From Negaprion brevirostris (taxonomy: Eukaryota), in contig JARDVH010000137.1 of assembly GCA_030324005.1 (NCBI GenBank), positions 37,396,341 through 37,460,340 on the forward strand: a stretch of 64,000 nucleotides of DNA. Direction: 5' to 3'. Shown here piece after piece: positions 24,816 to 37,601 of the stretch (the first letter of the stretch is position 1; the number at the start of each line of letters is the position of its first letter). Position numbers and translations under genes: made by a program. Below the pieces are notes generated by a model. That model did not search any database and had not been told where the DNA came from. It saw nothing but the letters and a program-made list of their open reading frames with translations.

Positions 24816-26285
24816 TTAAAAATGGTTCGTGTGGACAATAATGAATAAATGTCTTGAAAGTGAAGCTTTTTTTTGCACCAAACCCCATTGTTCTGTTCTC
24901 CAAGCAACTAAGCAAAAGGTTATTGATCAGTAGTGTGACATTTCAATTTAATCCTCCTTGTACTGGAGCTAAAGTAATGGTTCCAAAGATCTTATCTTTC
25001 AGCAGTTGGTGAAGTTCAGAAGCAGTCATTATTTAATGGATTGAAAGTATTTCAAATTGACTTTTTCAGCCTCGTATTTAGGATTGATTTTTCAAAATTT
25101 GATCCGTCTTCTCTGTGCGCCCCTACCTGAAATGCTAGATATTAAAACTATTGAAATGGTCTGCCAATTAAACATGGGGTCAAGCATGATTGACCTGATG
25201 TAAATCAACCCTCTCATCTCTGTATTCTCCCCCCACCCACCTCGCTAATTTGCTGATTTGTGGACCATCGCTTGGTTTCTTACAGCATTCTTCTTCCTTT
25301 TTTCTTCCTCCTTTCTCCTCATGCCATCTGAACCTCTTTTTGTACACCAGAAAGGATGGTTTCACATTTTTGAGGAAACACAAAGCTACATCCCAGTATT
25401 GATCCAAACAGATAATGGCATACTGTCTTGGTATACCAGTTTGCTGTATCTTCCTGGGAAGGATGGTGAATGCCTAGATTTTAGGCACATTCTATATTTG
25501 GGAAGCTGTGTTTCCAGTGGGAACAAAGTGTGTGCTTTCATTCAAAGTGGAAGGAGCCAGTAGACAAATGTGTTGATGCTGGAAATCTGAAACAAAATAA
25601 AAAGTGCTAGAAATACCCAGCAGGTCACATGCTTGGTAAAGAGCTCATTATGACATCTGTCAAAAGTGGAAAATTATTACCAACCAGCAGTATTTCAAAA
25701 GGAAGAGACATTGACATCACACCTCCCCAAATACAGTTAACTCAACAGTCCTTTAATTGGATTGCAGGAGACAGATATCTAAAAACATGTGATATTACCA
25801 TGAAAAGTAAGTAGCAGACAACCAAGGAAATTAATCAGTGAAGTATGAATAGCTGAAAATGAGGAAATTAAGTGGATGGACAGGAAAGCCTGAAATTGAT
25901 GGTAGAAAAAAAGTATGTTCATACCCAAGAGTACAAATTGCCAACATGGTTGTGTTCGCCGCCTTGTTGAAGTTTGAATATAATTATACAGATTTGCTTA
26001 TCTGCACTATTGTAATTCAACAATGAAATGAAACGTCCCTTACTTGAAAATCTTGGTTAAAAACTTGCCCCCGTTAATTGTTATCTAAGTATACATAATG
26101 TCAAGATAATTCATAGAAGAATCTGCATCAATTGACAGACGGCCATGACTTGGTTTGTTAGAAGCTGTAAATTTTAATTTTAAANNNNNNNNNNNNNNNN
26201 NNNNNNNNNNNNNNNNNNNNNNNNNNNNNNNNNNNNNNNNNNNNNNNNNNNNNNNNNNNNNNNNNNNNNNNNNNNNNNNNNNNNN

Positions 26286-26336
26286 ACAGCTCATCCAAGA
26301 GTTGCGAAGAGGATCGCAAGCAGCAAACATTTATTG
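26286..26336 (+). CDS. WDR45B: WDR45B coding exon 7, 3' part only (5' part in gap 26185-26285): QLIQELRRGSQAANIY(C)
   Basis: Contains the LRRG phosphoinositide-binding motif typical of WIPI3/4; donor tg|gtatgt at 26337. Confidence 0.93.
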
Positions 26337-26379
26337 GTATGTTTAAATCTCTACGTCTTGTCTAAGCATCAGTTAACTT

Positions 26380-26810
26380 GAATTGATTTGATTTATTATT
26401 GTCACATGTAACAATATACAGTGAGAAGTATTGTTTCTTGTGCACTAAACAGACAAAGCAAATCTTTCATAGAGAAGGAAAGGAGAGAGTGCAGAATGTA
26501 GTGTTACAGTCATAGCTGGAATGTAGAGAAAGATCCACTTAATGCAAGGTAGATCCATTGAAAAGTCTGATGGCAGCAGGAAAGAAGCTGTTCTTGAGTC
26601 GATTGGTACGTGACCTCAGACTTTTGCATCTTTAAGCAGACAGAAGAAGGTGGAAAAGAATGTCTGAGACAATGGGAAGCGTAGACAGAGTCAGTGGATG
26701 GGAGGCTAGTTGGCGTGATGGACTGGACTACATCCACGCAGTCTTGGGCAGAGTAGGAGCCATATGCCGTGATACAACCAGAGAGAATGCTTTCTGTGGT
26801 GCATCTGTAA
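26380..26810 (-). mobile_element. Rex1/Babar-type LINE 3' end
   Basis: ORF 26510..26737 VVQSITPTSLPSTDSVYASHCLR resembles the Rex1 C-terminus; tail tacatgtgacaataataaatcaaatc. Tail-only copies at about 32403-32530(+), 39115-39245(-) and 48100-48222(+). Confidence 0.7.
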
Positions 26811-27319
26811 CGGTTTGAAGCAGTTTTTGTCCTTTGAAATCAGTGTTTTTGAATTTCAAAATTAGTGCCTCTTTCTATTTAAATAGATGTTGTGCAGATT
26901 GTTCATAAAATGTTTCCGTAAGGTTCTTTCTGAATTGCTTTCACTTGTGACTCAAAGCCAGACACATCATTGATTGAAGCGTACTAGGAAAGTCGCAGAA
27001 ACAATCAACCATTTATTCTATATTTATAAACTGATACAGAAAATTTTAATTTGATTTATTTGTAGAACAGATTTTTAGTCCTAAAAAATTTTGTTTTCAT
27101 TCTTTTTAGTATGCACTTTCCATTCTACTTTCTAAATCTGGCCAGTTGAATGCACACTGTCAGACTGGCTCCATTTGAATTTTAAAAGGGCAGGTTAGAG
27201 AGGTCAATTAGTCATAGAATCCCTACAGTGCAGAAGGAGGCCATTTGGCCCATTGAGTCTGCACTGACCGTAATTCCTCCTTGAAAACAATGTTTTGGCC
27301 TCGAGTGCTTTTGTCAGTC

Positions 27320-27705
27320 CTATAAGATTTACCCCATCTCATTTAGACTATGACCCCTGGTTTTGGACACCCCCACTGTTGGGAGCTTCCTTTCTGCACC
27401 GACCCAGTGTAGTCCTATTAAAATTTTGAGTCTCAATGAACTCTCTCCTCCCACCCCCCCATTCATTCTCCTAAACTCCTGCAAATATAATCCTAACTGA
27501 CTCGGTCTCACCTCGTACGTCAGTCCCGCCAACCCAGGAATCAGTGTGGTAAACCTTTGCTCTCCCTATAGCAAGGTCATCCTTTCTGAGATAAGGAGAC
27601 TAAAACTGTTCGCGACGTTCCAGGCGTGACCTCTCCAATGCCCTGTTTCACTGCAGCAAAACATCTCTGCTCCGGTACTCACATCCTCTCGTTATGAAGG
27701 CCACC
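27320..27705 (-). mobile_element. CR1-type LINE fragment
   Basis: MAGLTYEVRPSQLGLYLQEFRRM...SKTRGHSL. Confidence 0.85.
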
Positions 27706-28717
27706 ATAAAAACATACAATGCTAATGATGCATACAATTTTTAACTGAAGTCATTATTTATAAAGCCACTGGAATTGGCTCCTATAAAACTGCCTGAAGC
27801 AATGGGAAAAATTATTTATTGATTTTGTTGAATCACTCTTTCTCCCCCCCCCCCCACCCCCCAAATCTTTGGGATATAAACACATCATGTTTGTATTGTT
27901 GTTCCTGTTTAGTCTCCACAAAAAACTGTTTTCAAAAATGCAGTGTCGGTGCTATTAGTGCATTCATTATTGTAGCTGGTGCACCCAAGATCCTGCACTG
28001 ATCGAGGTAGAGCTTCTGTCTTCATTTGAATGAGCATGTGGCTTTGTAATCTCTGTTGCAATTTACCCTTTCAAACATACACTGGCAAATTGATTCAGTT
28101 TTCAGAGAGGAGCCCAGTGCTTTGCAGAATGACATTTCTGATCCCTTCATTTGATGTGCGAGTAGGGGACAACCATCTTTGAAAACCTCTGACATCGATT
28201 TCTCTGAATTTGAAAATGACATCTAATCACAATATTGAACAACCTTGTTTTTAAGCCAACACGTCTTCTACCACTGCACCTCATCCAAATCCTCCGCCTT
28301 ATTGTCGAGATCCACCTACCAATTGCTAATCTGCCTATCAAGCTTCGTTGTGCCCTTTGAAACCTTTTATGCGCTACCTTTTTAAATTGTGGGTGGCATA
28401 GTTGTTACCACTCGTGCCCTAGTATGACGGGAGAACCAGCAAAGTTTGGGTAAACAGATTAAAAGGTATGGTGGTAAATAAGTATGGGAAACATTCAACA
28501 AAAATACATTCCATTGTAGGACAAAAGCGAGCGAGAGAGTTCCATCCATGGCTTACCAAGGAGGGTAAGAGTAGTATTAGATGAAAATGAGAGGTTTCTA
28601 ATGTTGCAAAGAATAGCCTCAAGTCTGAAGATTGGGAATGTTTTAGGAACCAGCAAAGAGCCACCAAAAAAGTTGACAAAGGGACACGATAAGCCATGAG
28701 TAAACTAGCCATGGAAT

Positions 28718-29197
28718 AAGAACATAAGAAATAGGAGCAGGAGTAGGCCATCTCGCCCTTCGAGCCTGCCCCGCCACTAAATAAGATCATGGTTGATCTG
28801 AAGTGAATCAGTCCCACTTTCTCCCCATAACCCTTAATTCCCTTGTCTATATCAGAAATCTATCTAACCATGACTTAAACATATTCAACGAGGTAGCCTC
28901 CACCACTTCAATGGGCAGAAAATTCCAGAGATTCACCACCCTTTTTTTGAGTGAGGAAGTTCCTTCTCATCTCTGTTCTAAACTGTGCCCTCTAGTTCTG
29001 CTATCCTTTCTAAGCGGGAAGAATCTCTCTACCTCTACCCTATCTAGCCCCTTTATTATTTTGTAAGTCTCTGTAAGATACCCCCTCAGCCTTCTAAACT
29101 CTAACGAGTACAGACCCAGCCTATTCAATCTCTCTTCATAAGCTAACCCCCTCATCTCCGGTATCAGCCTGGTGAACCTTCTCTGTACTCCCTCCAA
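28718..29197 (-). mobile_element. Relatively young CR1-type LINE 3' end, running into gap 29198-29567
   Basis: EGVQRRFTRLIPEMRGLAYEERLNRLGLYSLEFRRLRG...RTRGHSL; tail cctactcctgctcctatttcttatgttctta. Another tail copy at 30324-30410. Confidence 0.9.
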
Positions 29198-32142
29198 NNN
29201 NNNNNNNNNNNNNNNNNNNNNNNNNNNNNNNNNNNNNNNNNNNNNNNNNNNNNNNNNNNNNNNNNNNNNNNNNNNNNNNNNNNNNNNNNNNNNNNNNNNN
29301 NNNNNNNNNNNNNNNNNNNNNNNNNNNNNNNNNNNNNNNNNNNNNNNNNNNNNNNNNNNNNNNNNNNNNNNNNNNNNNNNNNNNNNNNNNNNNNNNNNNN
29401 NNNNNNNNNNNNNNNNNNNNNNNNNNNNNNNNNNNNNNNNNNNNNNNNNNNNNNNNNNNNNNNNNNNNNNNNNNNNNNNNNNNNNNNNNNNNNNNNNNNN
29501 NNNNNNNNNNNNNNNNNNNNNNNNNNNNNNNNNNNNNNNNNNNNNNNNNNNNNNNNNNNNNNNNNNNGCTGATTGGCATTGAAGGTGAGTTTGCCGTATT
29601 CATTCCATAGTAGAAAATGGTTACAACACAGAATCAAAGCATTTGACCAATAGTCTGGGATTTTTGACGTGGCTTGGGCAAGGCTCGTAAAATCCTGCCT
29701 GAGGCCAACGGAGAATTCCATTCTGAGAGTCTCTGGTAAAATTCTGCCCATTGTGTCTGTGCCAGTTCCCTGTAAGAACCACTCATCTAGTCCCAATGCT
29801 CAGCCTATTTGCCATAGCTCTGCATATTTTTTCTCTTCAGATTTTTAAGTTTGAAGTTTATTTATTAGTATCACAAGTAATAATATATATGGGTCATCAA
29901 CTTCCTGATGATCTGAGAGGATTAGATATACAGTCATCAATACTCCTCCAGTTGTTTTTGAAGCTATAAACTATTTTACCAGCTCAAATGACACAAATTT
30001 TATTGTATGATTAGTGTTGTTTTGGTTGGGGAAAGGAATACCCATTTGTTAACATTCAGTACAAAGAAATATGAACCCTTACATCTTTTGTGTTAGCCAT
30101 CCCTGCTGTATCTTTGATATTCCAGTCCCACCATGGGATGTGATGAGCCATTCAAATGTCTATTGACTTTCATGGGACCAGAAGATCCTGTCAGTGTGAA
30201 AATCCCACCCAGTATCTTTCATCCACATTCACTGATATCTTTACTTCCCAATATCTAGCTCATATTTTAAATTTTTTGTTTGACCTCCGGTTATGGCCTT
30301 CTGGGTTGTTGCGTTATATGTGCATAAGAAACATAAGAAATAGGAGCAGGAGTAGGCCATCTAGCCCTTCGAGCCTGCCCCGCCATTCAATAAGATCATG
30401 GCTGATCTGTTAAGTGGGACAGGGACACCTCGTGAGTATCATCTACTCGATTTAAGACATCCTACCTTAATAATTGGATTTCCTGCTTATCTAATTTCAA
30501 GATTCTACTGTAACTATTTAAATTTAAAAGTTAGATTATCTACTAGAAATAAGACTATATTGTCTTGACTGTTAATGTGACTGTTGTCAGGTTTTGCTGG
30601 CTTTAAATTGCATGTTGATTCTTTTCTAAACAACATGGAGATTTATTATTTGTCGCATGGTCTTTTATGTGACTAATCAGTGAGCCATATCTCCATGCAG
30701 TCTGAAAAAGAACATTGTAGAGCCAGAAAAGCCTCTGCTCTCTCCAGTTCTGCAGGAAACTGCATAGTGCAAGGTGTTTATGTACAAGACATTTAGCATC
30801 TTGGACCATTCTTGAGAATCTTTTCTGCATCCTCCCTGATGCCTTCACACCCTTCCCAAAATGTAGTGGTCAGAATTACACTATTCCAATTGAGGCCAAA
30901 CCAGGGTTTTATAGATGTTTAATATAATTTAGTAGTTTTTGTTCTTCCCTTTTATTTATGAGCCGGCCTCTGTGCTTGCCATCTACAGTGCTTCACGTAT
31001 GTACAATTCCAGGTCCATGCGCTCTGAATCTTTAGTTTATAATGCTTGTCTTCATTTTTTTTCCAGCAGAAATTGTGTCACTTCACAATTCTCTGCATTA
31101 AATTTAGTCTGCCGTTTGTCCACTCATTCCACCAGATTATCCTTTTCATATCTATGCATCAAATTCTGTGCACTGGGCTTTATGAAAAGCTAAGTTTGAC
31201 CTTCCAGTTTCTGTCATTAATTTGCACAATTATAAAATCTGTACAGCTGTAAGACTTGGTCAGCTATCTTGTGTAGCAGCTTGATCATTGGTGTCCCCTG
31301 TAACACAGCTCACAACAATCCACCATTGAAATGCGTGTCAGCTGTCACTGACTTGTTTTGCCTAATTCAAAACCGGTGGTTGCCTGCTTCCTCTACTGAG
31401 TAATGTATTTAGTGGTGGATTTCCAGCAAGAGTCCCAAAAAGTTCCCCATGTGACCAAAAGTCAAGTTCATTCACGTTGAAGCAGTGCTCAATCAAGGGC
31501 CACGAATGTGATTTTCTGCTGTGTATCTTCTGGGCAGGCTACATCGTTGTGGTTGGGGAAGTTTGGTGCATCAACCACACACCTAAAGCGTAACTGGGCA
31601 GAGCATGTTGATGACGTTTTGGGACATTCATCCCTAATTTTGTCACATTTGCTTTTGATCAGAACTGCAGCATAATATTGCAGAACATCTTAGCAGATGA
31701 TCACTTTTTTTTAATAACAGCAGTTGAACAACATTTTGACATTCCATGTTCCCTGAGATGGAGAGACTACGCAGATAGATACCTGTGTGGCTCAGTTTAC
31801 AGGGCAACTGAAAAATATTTAATCAATAGCCTGATTTATTATGGATGTAACATTAAAAATTAGTGGATGTTCAGAAACTCCATGGGGGATAACAAGAAAG
31901 CACAGTTGCCACCTTAGTGGAAAGCTGAAGCAACCTATGAGAAATGAGCCTGTCAATTGGCATGAGCTTTAGATTTTGTAGACCAGTGAGCAGCGTATCA
32001 AACAAAGAACAAAAACAGCCTGGGAAACAGGCCCTTTGGCCCAACGAGCCCACGCCGCCGTTTTAACACTACCAGTCCCCCCACTTTCACCCATGACCCT
32101 TTATCTATTGTTTTATGGACATCCACATTGAGGGAAACTAAT

Positions 32143-32330
32143 TTAGGGACAATTTATTACTGCCAATCTGCCTAATAGCACATCTTTGGGGTGTGGGAGG
32201 AAACCGGAGCACCCGGAGAAAACCCACGCAAGCACGGGGAGAATGCGCAAACTGCCACAGATGCTGGCCCAAATCCATGTATCTGCACAGCAAACAGCGA
32301 TAGTCACTGAGCTGTTGTGTTGCCCAGGAA
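32143..32330 (-). mobile_element. V-SINE, divergent subfamily
   Basis: V-domain ttctccccgtgcttgcgtgggttttctccgggtgctccggtttcctcccacaccccaaagatgtg with a different head. Confidence 0.7.
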
Positions 32331-32669
32331 TGTATTGTTGCAGGTTGAGGGGAGACCTCATAGAGGTCTACAAAATTATGAGAGGCATAGACAGGCTGGA
32401 TAGTAACGATACATTCTGCACTCTCTCCTTTCCTTCTCCAAGATGTTATGCATTGTCTGTACAGCGCTCAAGAAACAATATTTTATACTGTATACTAATA
32501 CATGTGATAATGATGAATCAAATCAAAATCAAAGAAGTTTAAAAGAGAAGTTATTTTCCTTATGTTTTCCTGGGGGGTGATGTTTAATACCCACATGCCT
32601 GGAGGTGTCTGAGGTTTTCAATGCCAATGGACTTGATCATTGGGGCAGAGATGCGATATTTACTCAAAA

Positions 32670-33315
32670 GAAGACAGATGACATGCTTTCCTTCATCACC
32701 AGGGGCATTGAGTACTAGAGTTGGGAATCATGTTGCAGCTATATAAAATCTTGGTTAGGCTGCATTTGGAGTATTGCGTGCACTTCTGGTTACCACACTA
32801 CCGGAGAGACATGGAAGCTTTGGAGAAAGTGCAAAGATTCAACAGGATGTTGCCTGGTCTCGAGGATTTTGACTATGAGGAGGGGTTGAATAAACTCGGA
32901 TTGTTTTCATTGGAAAGACTGAGGCTGAGGGGAGACCTGATAGAGATCTACAAAATTACGAGAGGCATAGGCAGACTGGATTGTTGGAGACTTTTTCCCA
33001 GGGTGGAAGTTTCAGTTACAAGGGGGCACAGGTTCAAGGTGAGAGGGGGAAAGTTCAAGGGAGATGTGCAAGGCAAGTTTTTCATGCAGAGAGTGGTGGG
33101 TGCTTGGAACGTGCTGCCAGAGGAGGTGGTGGAAGTGGACACATTAGCAATATTTAAGAGGCACCTAGATGGGTACATGAATAGGGAAGGAATAGAGGGA
33201 TATAGACTGAGTGAGGGCAGAAGGTTCTTTTCAGTTTAGTTCAGGCATTATGATCGGCACAGGCTTGGAGCGCTGAAGGGTCAGTTCCTGTGCTGTACTT
33301 TGCTTTGTTCTTTGA
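32670..33315 (+). mobile_element. CR1-type LINE 3' end (172-aa RT C-terminal ORF)
   Basis: LYKILVRLHLEYCVHFWLPHYRRDMEALEKVQR...GHRFKVRGGKFKGD, followed by the CR1 tail. Confidence 0.92.
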
Positions 33316-34077
33316 TGTTTACGGGATTGCAGAGGAATTGCCAACGTTTGAAGTTAGTCTCATTCCCAGTGTGACCATGGGTTAACCTCAACAACTCAAT
33401 CCTGCCCTAGTGCAGCCTCCACATGTCCCCATTGCTGGGAACTAACATTATTACTCACATCTTCATATACACTCAACCACAAAGCCACTGCATTGCTAAC
33501 ATGTGTTATCTAACCTTTGATCTCCCAGGTCTGGTGACCCCACAAAGCACAGAGTGTGCCGTATTGTATCTAATACTGAAGGCCACTACCTTAATCACCC
33601 TATTATCATGGCATTCCCCCTTCTCTTTAAACAAAACGCACTTCTGACTGGTTTCTGTTAGAGCAAAAGAGCCTGTGAGTATAACCTACTCGGGAACACA
33701 AAGTCTCGTATCTCATCTTTTGTGGTCTGTTTTGATCAGTCTGGTTTATCCTTTACTTGTCTTTGTATCTCTGTGGGTTTCTTCACTGTTCTTCCACTGG
33801 ATGTTCTGACTAGTGACAGAGATGATTTTGAAAGACCCCTCCAGCTCTCGGTCACTTTCACCCCTTAGATAGTTTCCAGATTTCTCAGCTTTTGCCTGGT
33901 TATCTATTGCTTCACTGGTGGATTCTGGTTCTGGATCTTCAACTACACTTTCTGCGAGGTTGTGTTTCACGTGTTTTCCATAGGAATTCTCAGTTTCTCC
34001 TCTACGGGTATCTGTTTGCAGTCCACACTATGTAAGACCTTTGTTCTCCTATGGTTCCTGTGACAACCACCCTGTGA

Positions 34078-34387
34078 TGGGGTGGCACAGTGGTTAGCAT
34101 TGCTGCCTCACAACACCAGGGATCGGGGGTCAATTCTGGCCTTTGGTCACTGCCTGTGTGGAGTTTGCACATTCTCCCCGTGTCTGTGTGGGTTTCCTCT
34201 GGGTACTCTGGTATCCTTCTATTATTCAAAGATGTGTGGGTTGGGTTGATTGGCCATGCTAAATTGACCCGAGTGTCAGTGTATTAACAGTGCCAGTGGA
34301 GTTATGGGAATAGACCTTGGGTGGCATTATGGTCGGTGCAGACTCAATGGGCTGAATGGCCTCCTTCTGCACTGTAGGGATTCTATG
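34078..34387 (+). mobile_element. HE1-like V-SINE, full length
   Basis: Head ggtggcacagtggttagcattgctgcctcac through tail ctgtagggattctatg. Confidence 0.88.
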
Positions 34388-34487
34388 NNNNNNNNNNNNN
34401 NNNNNNNNNNNNNNNNNNNNNNNNNNNNNNNNNNNNNNNNNNNNNNNNNNNNNNNNNNNNNNNNNNNNNNNNNNNNNNNNNNNNNNN

Positions 34488-34870
34488 CCTCCAGCCTCAA
34501 CTCCAGTTGCCTAACCCGAGCCCTCAAACGCTGCAACTCCAGACATTTGGTGCAGATGTGGACTTTCCAGAGATGCTGTGTCTCCAGGAACTCCCACATA
34601 TTGCACCTAACGCGCCTCCCCAAGGACCCTGCCATTAATTTGACCACCCTTAGAATTATGGACACAAATGGAAAAATTAGACCAGTATCTCACCTTGCCT
34701 AAGCCTCGTGAGCCAAAGCCCTTGCAGCACTCACTCAGCACCCACCTCACTCCACTGCCCGCTGTCTATTGCAGCCTTCTTTTTGTACTCCCGCACTCCC
34801 TTCCCGACTGCCCTTGCGCCTAGGTCCTGCTACGGAAGCGCAAACTAATAAAAACCCCACGAACCGGCAA
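34488..34870 (-). mobile_element. 5' end (5'UTR + ORF1 zinc-finger/leucine-zipper) of a CR1-type LINE
   Basis: MAGSLGRRVRCNMWEFLETQHLWKVHICTKCLELQRLRARVRQLELRLE matches the CR1 ORF1 zf/lz pattern; upstream region is CpG-rich. Confidence 0.75.
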
Positions 34871-35141
34871 TATAATTTGAAATTTACAGTACAATCGCAA
34901 TTTGACATGTTTGTCATGTTGTATGACTTATTCTTCTGTCATCTAAACAGTTACAGAGCTTATTTGTTTAGTCTTTGACCTGAATAGCTTACACTGGAAA
35001 ACTGAACCTAGATCGCCAGAAGAACACTAGAAATAATACCAATAACTCTGCTTGTATTTGCATCCTGCCATCTACTGGTATGAGCTGATAAGGCAGCATT
35101 TTTTTTTGTTATTCCATTCCTGTTTTTATTGTTTTTACATT

Positions 35142-35335
35142 CATAGAATCATAGAACCCTGCAGTGCAGAAAAGGGCCCTTCGGCCCATTGAGTCTATAC
35201 TGACCGCAATTCCACCCAGGCCAGACCCCCATATCCCTACATATTTTACCCAGCCATCCCTCTAACCGATGCATCTCAGGACACTAAGGAGCAATTTTAG
35301 CATAGCCAGTCAACCTACCCACACGTTTTTGGTGC
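35142..35335 (-). mobile_element. 5'-truncated HE1-like SINE
   Basis: catagaatcatagaaccctgcagtgcagaa tail plus body. Confidence 0.75.
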
Positions 35336-35537
35336 AAGTTGTTTTATAGCAACTGAAACAGAATAGTTAGGGTAGTTTGGTTTTTTCCCCCGGAGGCAGA
35401 TTAGTTAATGAGGAATTAAATTGCCTTTCTCCTTTGGAATTGTGGAACTAGATAGTTCTAGATAATATTTATAAAATTTTTAGTTGCTGTTGAGATTCCC
35501 TTCTCTTGCAACTAATGGATTTTTTTTTGTCTTGCAG

Positions 35538-35590
35538 CATTAATTTTAATCAAGATGCATCTTTAATCTGTGTGTCGAGTGATCATGGGA
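35538..35590 (+). CDS. WDR45B: WDR45B coding exon 8, 5' part only (3' part in gap 35591-35662): (C)INFNQDASLICVSSDHG
   Basis: Polypyrimidine tract + ttgcag acceptor at 35536-35537; translation matches WIPI3. Confidence 0.93.
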
Positions 35591-35864
35591 NNNNNNNNNN
35601 NNNNNNNNNNNNNNNNNNNNNNNNNNNNNNNNNNNNNNNNNNNNNNNNNNNNNNNNNNNNNNGGTTGCAGAATGTCTTAACATGAATTACTAATTCACAT
35701 TAATTTTAGCAGTTATTACAAACTGCCTCTGCTGTTTTGGTTAGACTGAACTACCAGCCAATTCAATTTATTTTGAGCAAAAACATTGAATTCTCAAACT
35801 GATGTGAGGAGAAGTTTATTCTGAAATGCAAACAAATGAATGATAACTTTGTACTGAATAACCT

Positions 35865-36290
35865 TGGTGCTGTAATGTAAGATTCCGAGGATGAAAGGGG
35901 TTGGTGTATCAGGAGTGATTAAACACATTTGGGCTTGAACTCGCTGGAAATTAGAAGGATAAGAGGGGATCTGAAGGTTTCTGTTATGTGGCAATCTAGA
36001 ACAAGATGTTGCAGGTATAGGCTGAGAGGCGGCAGATTTAAAACTGAGATGAGGAGGAACTGCTTCCCAGAAGGTGGTAAATTTGTGCAACTCGCTGCCC
36101 CATACCGCGGTGGAGTCTGAATCATTGGTTTCAAGAAAGCAATAGACATTTCTAATATAAGAAAAAGGAAAAGACAAGACATGGGGAACAGGTGTGGGAC
36201 GGATTTGAGCTCAGAGATCAACTATGATCTGATTGAATAATGGAGCAGGCTCGAAGGGCTGAATTTGCCTACTTCTGTGCCTAATTCCTA
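35865..36290 (+). mobile_element. CR1-type LINE 3' fragment
   Basis: GLNSLEIRRIRGDL...RFKTEMRRN; tail ggagcaggctcgaagggctgaat. Confidence 0.8.
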
Positions 36291-36479
36291 GGAGCATTAA
36301 AATTTTTCTGTAAATTTTGAATTTGTGCTCTGAAGAGTAGGCCATACAACCCTTTTNNNNNNNNNNNNNNNNNNNNNNNNNNNNNNNNNNNNNNNNNNNN
36401 NNNNNNNNNNNNNNNNNNNNNNNNNNNNNNNNNNNNNNNNNNNNNNNNNNNNNNNNAACCCTTTTCTCCCACGCAATAG

Positions 36480-36632
36480 ATATTCGATCTGTATTTAGGT
36501 TAAGTGCACTGGCCATGCAAAATTCTTCCTCAGTGCACCGGAACAGGCATGCATGGCAACTAGGGGATTTTCACAGTAACTTAATTGCAGTGTTTAATGT
36601 AAGCCTACTTGTGACACTAATAAACTAAACTT
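36480..36632 (+). mobile_element. 5'-truncated V-SINE variant (alternative tail); tail-only copy at 38110-38200
   Basis: ctaggggattttcacagtaacttaattgcagtgtttaatgtaagcctacttgtgacactaataaa. Confidence 0.75.
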
Positions 36633-37479
36633 AAATCTTCAGCTGAATTTACCAATTTCTTCCATATTCGTTGAGATCCTTACCTAAATCAAAAATCTAT
36701 TGCTCTCCATCTCCAATTTCAATTCACTAAGTCGTAAAAACCAGTTATCTAAAATGACCTGATTTTTACTTCCCTATGTGTGATGGAAGTGCTTCCTGAT
36801 TTCACCCATAAAGTGGCCTAGCTGTAGTCTTTTACTGTTGTTTCTTATTCTGGACTGTCGCACCAAACACATGACTTTTTGGTGAAATATTGATGTCCCA
36901 TTCGCCTCTGGAATTGTAGCGAGTGGGATATTGACCATTGACAGGTGGGGTTTTCTGGTCATGGAACAAGTGGGGTTGACCCCAAGACTGGAAAATCCTG
37001 TCCTTTGTATCTACCCTATTTTATCACCTAATTCTTTGAAGTGCCTTGATTACGTCCATTCCATTACCTTCTAACTCCAGGCAAATACAAGCCAGCTTTA
37101 TGCAACATGTCTATTCGATTCTTAAGCACTTACGTAATTTGAGTCTGCACTGCACTGCTCCTCAGCCAATATACCTTTACTGAAATTTGATGCTTAAAGT
37201 GGGGCAGTACTCCAGATGAGGACTGACAATTGAAACATTGTTTCCTTACTTTTGAATTGCAATCACTTTGAGATGAGACTTTTTTTTGAGTAACTTTTTA
37301 TGCCTGTGTAGGAGCACTAGGACCTGTTGCCGGTACCAGAATTGCAGATGACTAGCCCAGTGTTGCACGCGTGTTTACAAGCTCTGGATCCGAAGCACTT
37401 TTCTGAAGAGACGTTGCTTTAGTTTCTCATGGGTGAATTTATAGACGATGGGCTAATTTTTCTTCAATTCTAATTGCAG

Positions 37480-37601
37480 TTTAGCATCCGCGAGCTTCCT
37501 TCCAAAATACTTCAGCTCTAAATGGAGTTTCTCCAAGTTTCAGGTTCCTTCTGGTTCGCCTTGTATCTGTGCCTTCGGTACTGAACCCAACGCTGTTGTG
37601 G
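37480..37601 (+). CDS. WDR45B: WDR45B coding exon 9 (122 bp): (S)[40 protein letters not shown](A)
   Basis: ttgcag acceptor; donor gtgg|gtaagc. Confidence 0.97.

Noticed and set aside
25258-25563. 101-aa ORF with a hydrophobic, signal-peptide-like N-terminus
   Set aside because: Non-ATG start and intronic position. The hydrophobic stretch comes from a pyrimidine-rich tract, and the opposite strand looks like old RTE-type LINE debris.
29136-29796. Long ORFs of 136-210 aa
   Set aside because: They consist mostly of X residues from the N-gap.
29570-30215. Possible Harbinger-type MITE remnants ending in aaaat(t/c)c(t/c)gccc (also 36860-37005 and 52590-53050)
   Set aside because: Matching TIR pairs and TSDs could not be established by eye.
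33360-34040. Possible L1/Tx1 ORF1 remnant on the minus strand (ORF 33746..33970)
   Set aside because: The similarity is too weak to support without a profile search.
34078-34150. tRNA-gene-like A/B boxes here and at other SINE heads
   Set aside because: They continue into the V-domain and LINE tail, so they are SINE heads and not cloverleaf tRNA genes.
26185-35662. Apparently truncated exons 7 and 8
   Set aside because: The missing halves fall in N-gaps (26185-26285 and 35591-35662), so this is an assembly artefact.
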